From positions 77,897-141,896 of the forward strand of contig NZ_JAAEDL010000002.1 of NCBI RefSeq assembly GCF_018129005.1: a DNA stretch of 64,000 nucleotides, written 5' to 3'. A model generated the notes under the pieces. That model made no database searches. It saw only the letters and a list, made by a program, of their open reading frames with translations, and had not been told where the DNA came from. This DNA is from Neoroseomonas eburnea (GTDB lineage Bacteria > Pseudomonadota > Alphaproteobacteria > Acetobacterales > Acetobacteraceae). Positions 1 through 8,191 of the stretch are shown here, in pieces (within the stretch, counting starts at the first letter, position 1; each line of letters opens with the position of its first letter). A program made the position numbers and the translations under genes.

Positions 1-93
1 GGCACAGGCGGCAAGCACCATCCAGTCCGCGATGCGGCCGAAGACGTCGTTCACCGAATCCACGGCGCGGCTGAAGCCGAGAAGTGCACGCAT
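1..93 (-). CDS. 5' end of an unidentified gene running off the window (the N-terminus MRALLGFSRAVDSVNDVFGRIADWMVLAACA is visible)
   Basis: ATG at 93-91 on the minus strand, with an open frame to the window edge. The N-terminus is hydrophobic, possibly the start of a small membrane protein. No family assignment is possible from 31 aa. Confidence 0.3.
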   Translation of the reverse strand, partial: MRALLGFSRAVDSVNDVFGRIADWMVLAACA

Positions 94-290
94 CTAGCGT
101 CTGACCGGGCCGTTCTTCGGCCCCGAATGGCGGCGCATGGCGCGCGGCCCCCCCGTGTGTGACCTTGTCCCCCGACAGGCGAGGCCCCCTCCTAGCCCCG
201 ACGGCCAGGCAATGCAAACCGGGTCATATGTTTGGCGTGGCGGCAACGCGGAGCCTATCCTGCCAGGGTGACTCGGTCCTGCCGCCGTCC

Positions 291-2306
291 ATGCTGACGG
301 CCCTGGCACTGCTGGTGGCTACCCTGGCGGCGCTCGGTTTCGCCGGGTTGGCGCTTGCCCGCCGCCCGGCGGGGGCGCGGCTGCTGCATGGCGCCTGCGC
401 CGTGGCCGGCTTCGCGCTGGTCGCCGGCGGCGTTGCCGGGCTGCTCGGCGGGCCACAGACGATCGACCTGCCCTTCGGCCCGCCCTGGGGGCCGGCGCGG
501 CTGGCGCTCGATCCGCTCTCCTCCTGGTTCCTGCTGCCGCTCGGCATTGCCGTGGCCTGCGCCTCCCTGTTCGCCCTGGGCGGCATCCACGGGACGGTTC
601 CGGCGCGGGAACTGGTGCCCTGGCCGCTCTTCATCGCCGGCATGGCGCTGACCGTGCTGTCCGCGGACGGCTTCACCCTGCTGCTGGGGTTCGAGGCGAT
701 GTCGCTCGCCTCCTGGGCGCTGGTCGCGCACGACCACGCGCAGGCGGAGAATCGCCGGGCGGCGAGGATCTACCTCGGTTTCGCCGGCTTCGGCGGGCTC
801 ACGCTCATCCTGGCGATCGGGCTGCTGGCCGGCGGCGCGGGGGATGTCGCCTTCGCGGTCCTGCGGGAAGCCCCCCCCGAAGGCCTGCGCGCCATCGGGG
901 TATTGTTGCTGGTGCTCGCCGGCACAGGCTCGAAGGCCGGGCTCGCGCCGCTGCATGTCTGGCTGCCGCTCGCCCATCCCGCGGCGCCGAGCCATGTCTC
1001 GGCGGTGATGTCGGGGGCGATGACCAAGGTCGCGCTCTACATCCTTGCCCGCTTCGCCTTCGACCTGATGGGGCCGGCGCAGCCCTTCTGGATGGGGGCA
1101 CCGCTGATCGCCCTCGGTGCCGCCTCGGCGGTGATCGGGGCGCTGAGGGCCAATCTGGAGGACGACACCAAGACCCTGCTCGCCTGCTCGACCATCGAGA
1201 ATGTCGGGCTGATCGCCATGGGGCTCGGCCTGGCGCTCGCCTTCCGCGGTTCGGACCTGACGGCGATGGCGGCGCTGGCGGCCGGGGCGGCGCTGCTGCA
1301 TGCGCTGAACCACGCGGTCTTCAAGACGCTGCTCTTCCTCGCCGCCGGCGAGGTGCTGCACGGCGCGCTGTCGCGCCGGCTCGACCGGCTCGGCGGGCTG
1401 ATCCACCGCATGCCCTGGACCGCCTGGGCTGCGCTGGTCGGCACCGCGGCTGCGGCCTCGCTGCCGCCGCTGTCGGGTTTCGCCTCGGAATGGCTGCTGC
1501 TGCAGGCGCTGCTGGCCGGCTGGCGGGTCGGCGACCTCGCCTTCCAGATGGGCGTGGCGGCGGCGACGGCGCTGGCGGCGCTGGCCGCGGCACTGGCGGC
1601 CTCGGCGATGGTGCGGTTCTGGGGTTTGGCCTTCCTCGGCCGGCCGCGCACGCCACGCGCCGCGGGGGCGGAGGAAACCGGGGGCGCCGCCCGGATCGCG
1701 CTGCTGCTGCCGGCCGGGCTCACCGTTCTGCTCGGGCTGGCGCCGGGGCTGATGCTCGACCTCGCGGAACCGGCGCTGCGGCTGATGGCCGGCGCCGCCG
1801 CGCCGCGGGCGGGGTCCCTGGCGATCGGCGCGGCGGAAGGCGGCGCCCGCTACTGGCCGCTCTTCGTCGCGGCGCTGCTGGCGGGGGCGATCGGGCTGGC
1901 GGTCTGGCTGGTGCGGCGCCGGGCGCCGGCGGGGGTCGCGCGCGGGCCGGCCTGGGATTGCGGCTTCATCGCCGCACCGCCGCACCTGCCCTTCGGCGAC
2001 CCGGCAACGCAGCCGAGCGCCGCCGGCTTCGGCCAGCCGCTGCGTCGGATGCTGGGCGAAAGCCTGCTCGCCGCGCGCGAGAGCGTCACCATGCCGCCGC
2101 CCGGCGACACCCGCCCCGCCCTGCTGCGGGCGAGCCATCACGACCCGGTCCTCGCCGCCCTGGAAGGCCCGCTGCCGCGCTGGCGGGAGGCGATCGCGAC
2201 CCAGGCGGAGAAGCTGCGGGACCTGTCCATCCGCCAGTGCCTCGGCCTCACCTTCGGGGCGGTGGTGCTGATGCTCGCCCTGCTCGCCTGGCTGGAGGCG
2301 CGCTGA
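291..2306 (+). CDS. Hyf/Ehr-type complex membrane subunit, HyfB/NuoL/MnhA-like proton-antiporter-type subunit
   Basis: The 715-aa ORF (159-2306) contains LAPLHVWLPLAHPAAPSHVSAVMSGAMTKVALY, the hallmark of the NuoL/M/N-HyfB family, and has many TM helices. The start is uncertain (ATG at 159 or 291); 291 was chosen because it begins directly at a TM helix. Confidence 0.8.
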   Translation: MLTALALLVATLAALGFAGLALARRPAGARLLHGACAVAGFALVAGGVAGLLGGPQTIDLPFGPPWGPARLALDPLSSWFLLPLGIAVACASLFALGGIHGTVPARELVPWPLFIAGMALTVLSADGFTLLLGFEAMSLASWALVAHDHAQAENRRAARIYLGFAGFGGLTLILAIGLLAGGAGDVAFAVLREAPPEGLRAIGVLLLVLAGTGSKAGLAPLHVWLPLAHPAAPSHVSAVMSGAMTKVALYILARFAFDLMGPAQPFWMGAPLIALGAASAVIGALRANLEDDTKTLLACSTIENVGLIAMGLGLALAFRGSDLTAMAALAAGAALLHALNHAVFKTLLFLAAGEVLHGALSRRLDRLGGLIHRMPWTAWAALVGTAAAASLPPLSGFASEWLLLQALLAGWRVGDLAFQMGVAAATALAALAAALAASAMVRFWGLAFLGRPRTPRAAGAEETGGAARIALLLPAGLTVLLGLAPGLMLDLAEPALRLMAGAAAPRAGSLAIGAAEGGARYWPLFVAALLAGAIGLAVWLVRRRAPAGVARGPAWDCGFIAAPPHLPFGDPATQPSAAGFGQPLRRMLGESLLAARESVTMPPPGDTRPALLRASHHDPVLAALEGPLPRWREAIATQAEKLRDLSIRQCLGLTFGAVVLMLALLAWLEAR

Positions 2307-2307
2307 G

Positions 2308-3267
2308 ATGGCCGTGGTCTGGGGCATCCTCGCGCAGATCCTTCACCTCGCGCTGATCCTCGCCGCCGCGCCGGCGCTGACCGGCGTGGTGCGCTGGCTG
2401 AAGGCGCGGATGATGGGCCGGCAGGGGCCGCATCCGCTGCAGCCGCTGCGGGACCTCGTGAAGCTGCTGCGCAAGCGGCCGGTGCTGGCGGAGAACGCCT
2501 CCGCCGTCTCGCGCGCCGCGCCCTATGTCGCGGTCGGCGCGGCGGTGGCGGCGGCGGCGCTGGTGCCCTCCTTCGCCCGCGGCATGGCCTTCGCGCCGCT
2601 GGCCGACCTGATCCTGGTGGCGGGGCTGCTGGCGCTCGGGCGCGTCGCCATGGCGCTCGCCGGCATGGATGTCGGCACGCCCTTCGGCGGGCTCGGCGCG
2701 GCGCGGGAGATGAGCTTCGCGGCGCTCGCCGAACCCGCGCTGGTGGTGGCGGCGCTGACGCTCGCCATCCTCGCCGCCTCGACCAACCTCGATGCCATCG
2801 CCGGCGCCGTGCGCGACGGCGGGCTCGGGCTGCGCGTCTCGCTCGGCCTCGCGCTGGTCGCGCTGCTGGCGGTGGCGGTGGCCGAGAACGCCCGCATCCC
2901 GGTGGACAACCCGGCGACGCACCTGGAACTGACCATGGTGCACGAGGCGATGATCCTCGAAGCCTCCGGCCGGCACCTGGCGCTGTGGGACTATGCGGCC
3001 ATGCTGCGGCTGACGCTGTGGCTCGCCCTGCTGGCGGCGGTCTTCCTGCCGCTCGGCCTGGCGCCGCCGGGTGCTGCGCCGCACCATTGGATCCTCGGCC
3101 TGCTCGCCTGGGGGGTGAAGATGGCGGGGCTCGCCCTGGCGCTCGCCGCCTTCGAGAGCGCCATCGCCAAGATGCGCGTCTTCCGCGTGCCGGAATTCCT
3201 CGGCGCGGCGCTGCTGCTGGGGCTGCTCGGCGCCATCTTCCTCTTCGTCTCGACGGGGCTGACGTGA
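2308..3267 (+). CDS. HyfC/NuoH-like membrane subunit of the Hyf/Ehr complex
   Basis: 319-aa polytopic membrane protein immediately downstream of the HyfB-like gene, separated by 1 nt. Its architecture matches HycD/HyfC/NuoH. Confidence 0.75.
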   Translation: MAVVWGILAQILHLALILAAAPALTGVVRWLKARMMGRQGPHPLQPLRDLVKLLRKRPVLAENASAVSRAAPYVAVGAAVAAAALVPSFARGMAFAPLADLILVAGLLALGRVAMALAGMDVGTPFGGLGAAREMSFAALAEPALVVAALTLAILAASTNLDAIAGAVRDGGLGLRVSLGLALVALLAVAVAENARIPVDNPATHLELTMVHEAMILEASGRHLALWDYAAMLRLTLWLALLAAVFLPLGLAPPGAAPHHWILGLLAWGVKMAGLALALAAFESAIAKMRVFRVPEFLGAALLLGLLGAIFLFVSTGLT

Positions 3268-3932
3268 GCTTCGGGCAGCTCCCCTACGACGTCGCGCACC
3301 TGCTGGGCGGCGGCGTGCTGCTGTTCTCCTTCGTGCTGCTCTACCAGCGGCGGATCGGGGCGGTGATCAACGCCTTCGCGACGCAGGGCACGCTGCTGGC
3401 GATCGCCGCGGCCTGGCAGGGCTACGTGCAGGGGGCGCCGGGGCTCTACGTGACGGCGGTGCTGGCGCTGGCGGCCAAGGGCGTGCTGATCCCGCTCGCC
3501 CTGCACGCCATCGTCCGGCGGCTCGACCTGCACCGCACGGTGGAGACCGCGCTCGGCATCGGGCCGTCGCTGGTGGCGGGGGTGGGGCTGGTGGGGCTCG
3601 CGATCCTCGTCGTGCTGCCGGCGACCGAGGGCGCGCGCGCGCTGGCGCGGGAGGACCTCGCCCTCGCCCTGTCCGTCGTGCTGCTGGGCATGCTCATGAT
3701 GATCACGCGCCGCAACGCCATCAGCCAGGTGATCGGGCTGCTCAGTCTCGAGAACGGGCTGATCCTCGCCGCCATCGGCGTCGCCGGCATGCCGCTGGTG
3801 GTGGAGCTCTCCACCGCCGCGCTGGTGCTGATGGTCGCCGTCGTCGCCGGCGTCTTCGCCTTCCAGATCCGGGAGCGCTTCGACACGCTCGACACCGGCA
3901 GCCTGGAAGAACACCGCGGAGAGCGGCGCTGA
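3264..3932 (+). CDS. HyfE-like small membrane subunit
   Basis: GTG at 3264 overlaps the TGA of the upstream gene. About 222 aa, hydrophobic throughout (VSFGQLPYDVAHLLGGGVLLFSFVLLYQRR...). Position and size match HyfE. Confidence 0.55.
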   Translation: MSFGQLPYDVAHLLGGGVLLFSFVLLYQRRIGAVINAFATQGTLLAIAAAWQGYVQGAPGLYVTAVLALAAKGVLIPLALHAIVRRLDLHRTVETALGIGPSLVAGVGLVGLAILVVLPATEGARALAREDLALALSVVLLGMLMMITRRNAISQVIGLLSLENGLILAAIGVAGMPLVVELSTAALVLMVAVVAGVFAFQIRERFDTLDTGSLEEHRGERR

Positions 3933-5368
3933 TGCCGCTGCAATGGGCCATCGTCTTCTTCGCCTGGGGCGGTGCGGTCGTGCTGGCGGCGATCCCGAAC
4001 CTGCGCCATGCGACGCTGGCGAATGCCGCGGTCAGCGCCGGGTCGTTCCTGCTGGCGCTCGCTCTCGCCGCCCAGCCCTTCGCCGAGCATGGCTGGACGC
4101 GCACGGATGCGGTCAACCTGCCCTTCATCCTCGTCTCGGCCTTCGTCGGGCTGACCACCTCGGTCTTCTCCGCCGCGACGCTCGACCAGGAAGGCTTCGA
4201 CCACTGGCGCATCCGCGCCTATCACACCGCCTACCAGGTGTTCATGGGGGCGCAGACGCTGGCGCTGCTGGCGGACAATCTCGGCGTCATGTGGGTGGCG
4301 GTGGAGATCGCGACGCTCGCCACCGTGTCGATGGTCGCGGTGCACCGCACGCCAGCGGCCTTCGAGGCGGCGTGGAAGTTCTTCATCCTCTGCGGCGTCG
4401 GCATCGCCCTGGCGCTGTTCGGCACCATCGTCCTCTATCTCGCCGCGCAGCCGCTGCTGCACGAGGAAACCGGGCTGTCCTGGGCGGCGCTGATGGGCGT
4501 CGCGGCGCAATGCGACCCGGGCACGCTGAACCTCGCCTTCGCCTTCCTGCTGCTCGGCTACGGCACCAAGGCGGGGCTGGTGCCGCTGCATTCCTGGCTG
4601 CCGGATGCCCATGCCGAGGGCCCCGTGCCGATCTCCGCCGTGCTGTCGGGGCTGTTGCTGAACGCCGCGATGCTCGCGGTGCTGCGGGCGAAGTCGATCG
4701 TCGGCGCGAACCCGGAGGCGATCGCACCGGGACCCTTCCTGCTGGCGCTCGGCCTGGCCTCGGTGCTGCTGGCGGCGCTGGCGCTGTGGCGGCGGCGCGA
4801 TGCGCGGCGCTTCTTCGCCTGGTCCAGCATCGAGCACATGGGCCTCGCGGCCTTCGCCTTCGGCCTCGGCGGGCCGGCGGCGAACCTCGCGGGACTGCTG
4901 CACATGATCGGCCATTCTCTGGTGAAGAGCGCGATCTTCTTCGGCGTCGGCCGCGCCGCCCAGGCCAAGGGCAGCCAGAAGATCGCCGACATCGGCGGGC
5001 TGGTGGCGACGCATCCGGCGCTGGGCTGGGGGCTGGCGCTCGCCATCGCGGCGATCGGCGGGCTGCCGCCGGCGCTGATCTTCGCCTCGGAATTCCGGCT
5101 GCTCTCGGCGGCGGCGGCGGAGGCGCCGTGGCTCGCCGTGCCGCTGGCCCTCGGCATGATCACGGCGCTGGCGGCGCTGATCACCGTGCTGCAGGCAATG
5201 TGCTTCGGAACGCCGACGCCGGACGCGGCGACCGCGCCGAATGGCTGGCGCGAGACGGCGGCGGCGACGCCGCTTTGGCTCCATCTGGCAGTCGCGGCGG
5301 GGCTGGGGCTGGCCATGCCGGGGGCGCTGGCGGCGCTGCTGGCCGAGGCTGCGAGGGTGATCGGATGA
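3932..5368 (+). CDS. HyfF/NuoN-like antiporter-type membrane subunit
   Basis: 478 aa. ATG overlaps the upstream stop (TGATG). The motif LVPLHSWLPDAHAEGPVPISAVLSG is typical of NuoM/N-HyfF. Confidence 0.8.
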   Translation: MPLQWAIVFFAWGGAVVLAAIPNLRHATLANAAVSAGSFLLALALAAQPFAEHGWTRTDAVNLPFILVSAFVGLTTSVFSAATLDQEGFDHWRIRAYHTAYQVFMGAQTLALLADNLGVMWVAVEIATLATVSMVAVHRTPAAFEAAWKFFILCGVGIALALFGTIVLYLAAQPLLHEETGLSWAALMGVAAQCDPGTLNLAFAFLLLGYGTKAGLVPLHSWLPDAHAEGPVPISAVLSGLLLNAAMLAVLRAKSIVGANPEAIAPGPFLLALGLASVLLAALALWRRRDARRFFAWSSIEHMGLAAFAFGLGGPAANLAGLLHMIGHSLVKSAIFFGVGRAAQAKGSQKIADIGGLVATHPALGWGLALAIAAIGGLPPALIFASEFRLLSAAAAEAPWLAVPLALGMITALAALITVLQAMCFGTPTPDAATAPNGWRETAAATPLWLHLAVAAGLGLAMPGALAALLAEAARVIG

Positions 5369-5383
5369 GCGCCGTGATGAAAG

Positions 5384-5516
5384 GAAGGTCGGGGGAGGAG
5401 AACCTCCCCCGATCCCCCTCCCTTCCTTGTCCCTTGGGAACTGACTTCGGCTGTCAGTCCCCAGGTGCCAGAGAAGGTTGGGGGGTGCGGGGGGAAGTTC
5501 CCTTCCCCCCGACCTT
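5384..5516. repeat. Intergenic repeat family A, copy 1 (three-hairpin palindromic element, about 130 bp)
   Basis: The left arm gaaggtcgggggaggagaacctcccccgatccccctccc is an imperfect inverse of the right arm ggttggggggtgcggggggaagttcccttccccccgacctt. The central hairpin is gggaactgacttcggctgtcagtcccc. It sits between the hyfF-like stop and the large-subunit start. Three further copies are listed below. Confidence 0.8.
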
Positions 5517-5525
5517 TGTCGCCCC

Positions 5526-7034
5526 ATGACCGCAACCGCCCTCATCCGCGGCGGTGCCCCGCAGGGCGCCCGGCCCTTCGAGCGCTTCCTCCTCACTGCC
5601 GAGACCTGGGCGGAACTGCCGGCGGCGCTGCTGGCCGAGCCTTCGCTCGCCTTGCTCGGCCTATGGGCGGAGCCCGGCATGGTGCATGCCGCGTTCATGG
5701 ATGACGAGACGAACGCGGCGCTGCTCGCCTCCGCCCCGGCCGGGGCCGGCCGCTACACCGCCCTCTCCTCCGCCCGCCCCGGTGCCATCCGCTTCGAGCG
5801 CATGATCCGCGACCTCTGGGCGCTGACGGCGGAGGGCGCGGTCGATCTCCGCCCCTGGCTCGACCACGGGCGCTGGGGCCTGGAGGGCCCGATGTCCGGC
5901 CGCCCCGCGGTGACGGGCGGCGAGCCGCCGCAGCCCGAATTCCTCCCCGTCGAGGGCGAGGGCGTGCATCAGATCCCGGTCGGCCCGATCCATGCCGGCG
6001 TCATCGAGCCCGGTCATTTCCGCTTCCACATCCAGGGCGAGCTGGTGGTCCGGCTGGAGGAGCGGCTCGGCTACAAGCACAAGGGCACGCTCGGGCTGAT
6101 GCTCGGCAAGTCGCCGCGCGCCGCGGCGGCCTTCGCGGCGCGGCTGTCCGGCGATTCCACCGTCGCGCATGGCTGGGCCTTCGCCGCCGCGGCGGAGGCC
6201 GCGCTCGGCGCCGAGGTGCCGCCCCGGGCGCTGGCGCTGCGCGCGGTGATGGGCGAGCTCGAGCGCATCCACAATCACCTCAACGACTGGGGCTTCGTCT
6301 GCAACGATGCCGCCTTCGCCTTCCCGCATGCCCGCTGCGGCTGGCTGCGCGAAGGCGTGCTGCGCGCCTGCGAGGGCGCCTTCGGCCATCGGCTGATGAT
6401 GGACCGCGTGCTGCCCGGCGGCGTGGCGCCGGACATCGCGCCGGGCGGGGCGGAGGCGATCCTCGCCGCCCTCGACGCCGTGGAGCGCGAGACGCCCGCC
6501 CTGATGCGCATCTATGAGAGCCACGCCAGCCTGCAGGACCGGGTGGTCGGCACCGGGTTCCTCGACCCTATGCTGGCGGCGCGCTTCGCCGCCGGCGGCT
6601 TCGTCGGCCGTGGGTCGGGCCGGCGCTTCGATGCGCGGCGGGGGCCCGGCTACGCGCCCTTCGACGCCATGGTTCCGGCGCTCGCGGTGGAGACGGGCGG
6701 CGACGTCGATGCGCGGGTGCGGGTGCGGGTGGCGGAGATCGGTACCGCCATCTCGCTCGTGCGGCGCCTGCTGATGACACTGCCGGAGGGCGAGACGCTG
6801 CTCCCGCTGCCCTCCCGCGCCGGGGAAGGCAGCGCGATGATCGAGGGCTTCCGCGGGGAGTGCCTCGCCTGGGTGCGGCTGGACGAGGGCGGGCTGATCC
6901 GCGCGGTCTTCCTGCGCGACCCTTCCTGGCTGCAATGGCCGCTGCTGGAAGCCGCGATCGAGGGCAACATCGTCGCCGACTTCCCGCTGTGCAACAAATC
7001 CTTCAACTGCTCCTACAGCGGGGTGGACCTGTGA
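5526..7034 (+). CDS. NuoC-NuoD/HycE-like large subunit of an energy-converting-hydrogenase-related (Ehr-type) complex, lacking the [NiFe] cysteine ligands
   Basis: It contains PVGPIHAGVIEPGHFRF and ERLGYKHKG (NuoD/large-subunit signatures). At the position of the N-terminal RxCGxCxxxH motif the sequence is RLSGDSTVAH. The C-terminal DPCxxCxxH motif is replaced by DFPLCNKSFNCSYSGVDL. The start was set at ATG 5526; the upstream in-frame ATG at 5478 reads through repeat A. Confidence 0.85.
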   Translation: MTATALIRGGAPQGARPFERFLLTAETWAELPAALLAEPSLALLGLWAEPGMVHAAFMDDETNAALLASAPAGAGRYTALSSARPGAIRFERMIRDLWALTAEGAVDLRPWLDHGRWGLEGPMSGRPAVTGGEPPQPEFLPVEGEGVHQIPVGPIHAGVIEPGHFRFHIQGELVVRLEERLGYKHKGTLGLMLGKSPRAAAAFAARLSGDSTVAHGWAFAAAAEAALGAEVPPRALALRAVMGELERIHNHLNDWGFVCNDAAFAFPHARCGWLREGVLRACEGAFGHRLMMDRVLPGGVAPDIAPGGAEAILAALDAVERETPALMRIYESHASLQDRVVGTGFLDPMLAARFAAGGFVGRGSGRRFDARRGPGYAPFDAMVPALAVETGGDVDARVRVRVAEIGTAISLVRRLLMTLPEGETLLPLPSRAGEGSAMIEGFRGECLAWVRLDEGGLIRAVFLRDPSWLQWPLLEAAIEGNIVADFPLCNKSFNCSYSGVDL

Positions 7035-7414
7035 CCATCCGCTTCGACCAGACGATCCCGATCCTGCGCATCTTCGATCTCGCGAAGGCGCGCGAGTTCT
7101 ACGTCGACTTCCTCGGCATGAGCTGGGACTGGGAGCATCGCTTCGAGCCGGACCTGCCGGTCTTCGCGCAGGTCTCGCGCGGGGGGCTGCTGCTCTTCCT
7201 CAGCGAGCATTTCGGCGACGGCACGCCAGGGACCAAGCTGCTGCTGCGCATGGGCGGACTCGATGCCTTCCGCGCGGAACTTCTCGGCAGGGCCTATCGC
7301 CATGCCCGGCCTGGCATCCACGAGCGGCCCTGGGGATGGCGGGACATGGAGGTGACGGACCCCTTCGGCAACCGGCTCGTCTTCTCCGAGCGCATCGGGG
7401 AGACATGCGACTGA
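7032..7414 (+). CDS. Glyoxalase/bleomycin-resistance/dioxygenase (VOC) family protein embedded in the Ehr operon
   Basis: GTG at 7032 overlaps the large-subunit stop. About 127 aa. VTIRFDQTIPILRIFDLAKAREFYVDFLGMSWDWEHRF...LFLSEHFGDGTPG is a typical VOC fold sequence pattern. Its 3' end overlaps the next gene by 10 nt. Confidence 0.65.
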
Positions 7415-7947
7415 TGCTGTGGCCCCGCCTCGCCCGCGCCCTGCTCGGCAAGCCGCTGACCGATGCACCGCCGCCCGTGCCGCAGCATACGGTCGTCGCG
7501 TTGGGGGAACGCCTGGCCGCGGCCGCCCGCGTGCGGCTCGGCCGCAGCCTGGCGATCCGCGAGGTGGACAGCGGATCCTGCAACGGCTGCGAGCTGGAAG
7601 TGAACGCGCTGCAGAATGTCGCCTATGACCTCGAACGCTTCGGCCTGCGCTTCGTCGCCTCCCCCAGGCATGCCGACGTGCTACTGGTGACCGGCCCCGC
7701 CTGCCGCAACATGACGGAGGCCCTGCAGCGCGCCCTGGACTGCACCCCGGACCCGAAATGGATCGTCGCGGTCGGCGACTGCGCCGTCGATGGCGGCGTC
7801 TTCAAGGGATCCTATGCCATTGAGGGCGGCGTCGGCGCGGTGCTGCCGGTGGATCTGCTGATTCCGGGGTGCCCGCCCTCCCCCACCCAGTTGCTGGAAG
7901 GGCTGCTGGCGCTGCTGGAAGCCGAGGCGGCGCCGGCCCGGAGATAA
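7405..7947 (+). CDS. NuoB/HycG-like small subunit (Fe-S cluster N2-type)
   Basis: The motifs GSCNGCELE, GDCAVDGG and PGCPP provide the conserved NuoB-type cysteines. ATG at 7405 (MRLMLWPRL...). Confidence 0.85.
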   Translation: MRLMLWPRLARALLGKPLTDAPPPVPQHTVVALGERLAAAARVRLGRSLAIREVDSGSCNGCELEVNALQNVAYDLERFGLRFVASPRHADVLLVTGPACRNMTEALQRALDCTPDPKWIVAVGDCAVDGGVFKGSYAIEGGVGAVLPVDLLIPGCPPSPTQLLEGLLALLEAEAAPARR

Positions 7948-7952
7948 AATTG

Positions 7953-7980
7953 GGCCGGCCGGATCGCTCCAGCCGGCCCA
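7953..7980 (+). terminator. Candidate stem-loop terminator after the Ehr operon
   Basis: gggccggccggatcgctccagccggccc forms an 8-bp GC stem 6 nt after the stop. There is no U-tract, as is common in high-GC alphaproteobacteria. Confidence 0.3.
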
Positions 7981-8191
7981 AGAGCCCTTCCAGAGGAAGG
8001 ACCGGAAACGGTGGCCTGCCGGGAATAAGCCACCGTGACGGAAAGACCTTCGCAGCCGGCACCTCACGGCATGGTGGCAACCGCCTTAACTTCCTGCAAC
8101 CATTGTGCGAAGGGCTCCACCTCCCGCCATGCCCCCTCCCGCTGCCGTGATGCGGTATGGTGGGCGGCGGAATACCCGGAAGCGGGAGGCC

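Noticed and set aside
255-2327. 690-aa minus-strand ORF antisense to the hyfB-like gene
   Set aside because: Its composition is extremely R/G/Q/P/E-rich (RRRRRHAHLEGE..., QPDRQPDRPRQQRRDEERP), which is typical of antisense frames in about 70% GC DNA. The sense-strand gene has clear family motifs.
5478-5525. Upstream in-frame ATG (5478) for the large subunit giving N-terminal MGGAGGSSLPPDLCRP
   Set aside because: These residues are translated from repeat family A; the same SLPPDL/GGGSPPPT peptides appear wherever the repeat occurs. ATG 5526 directly follows the repeat and starts a sensible N-terminus.
5526-7034. Calling the operon a formate hydrogenlyase / hydrogenase-4 (functional [NiFe] hydrogenase)
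   Set aside because: Both cysteine pairs that ligate the NiFe centre are missing or displaced in the large subunit. No hyp maturation genes, endopeptidase, formate dehydrogenase or HycB/HycF ferredoxin subunits are present.
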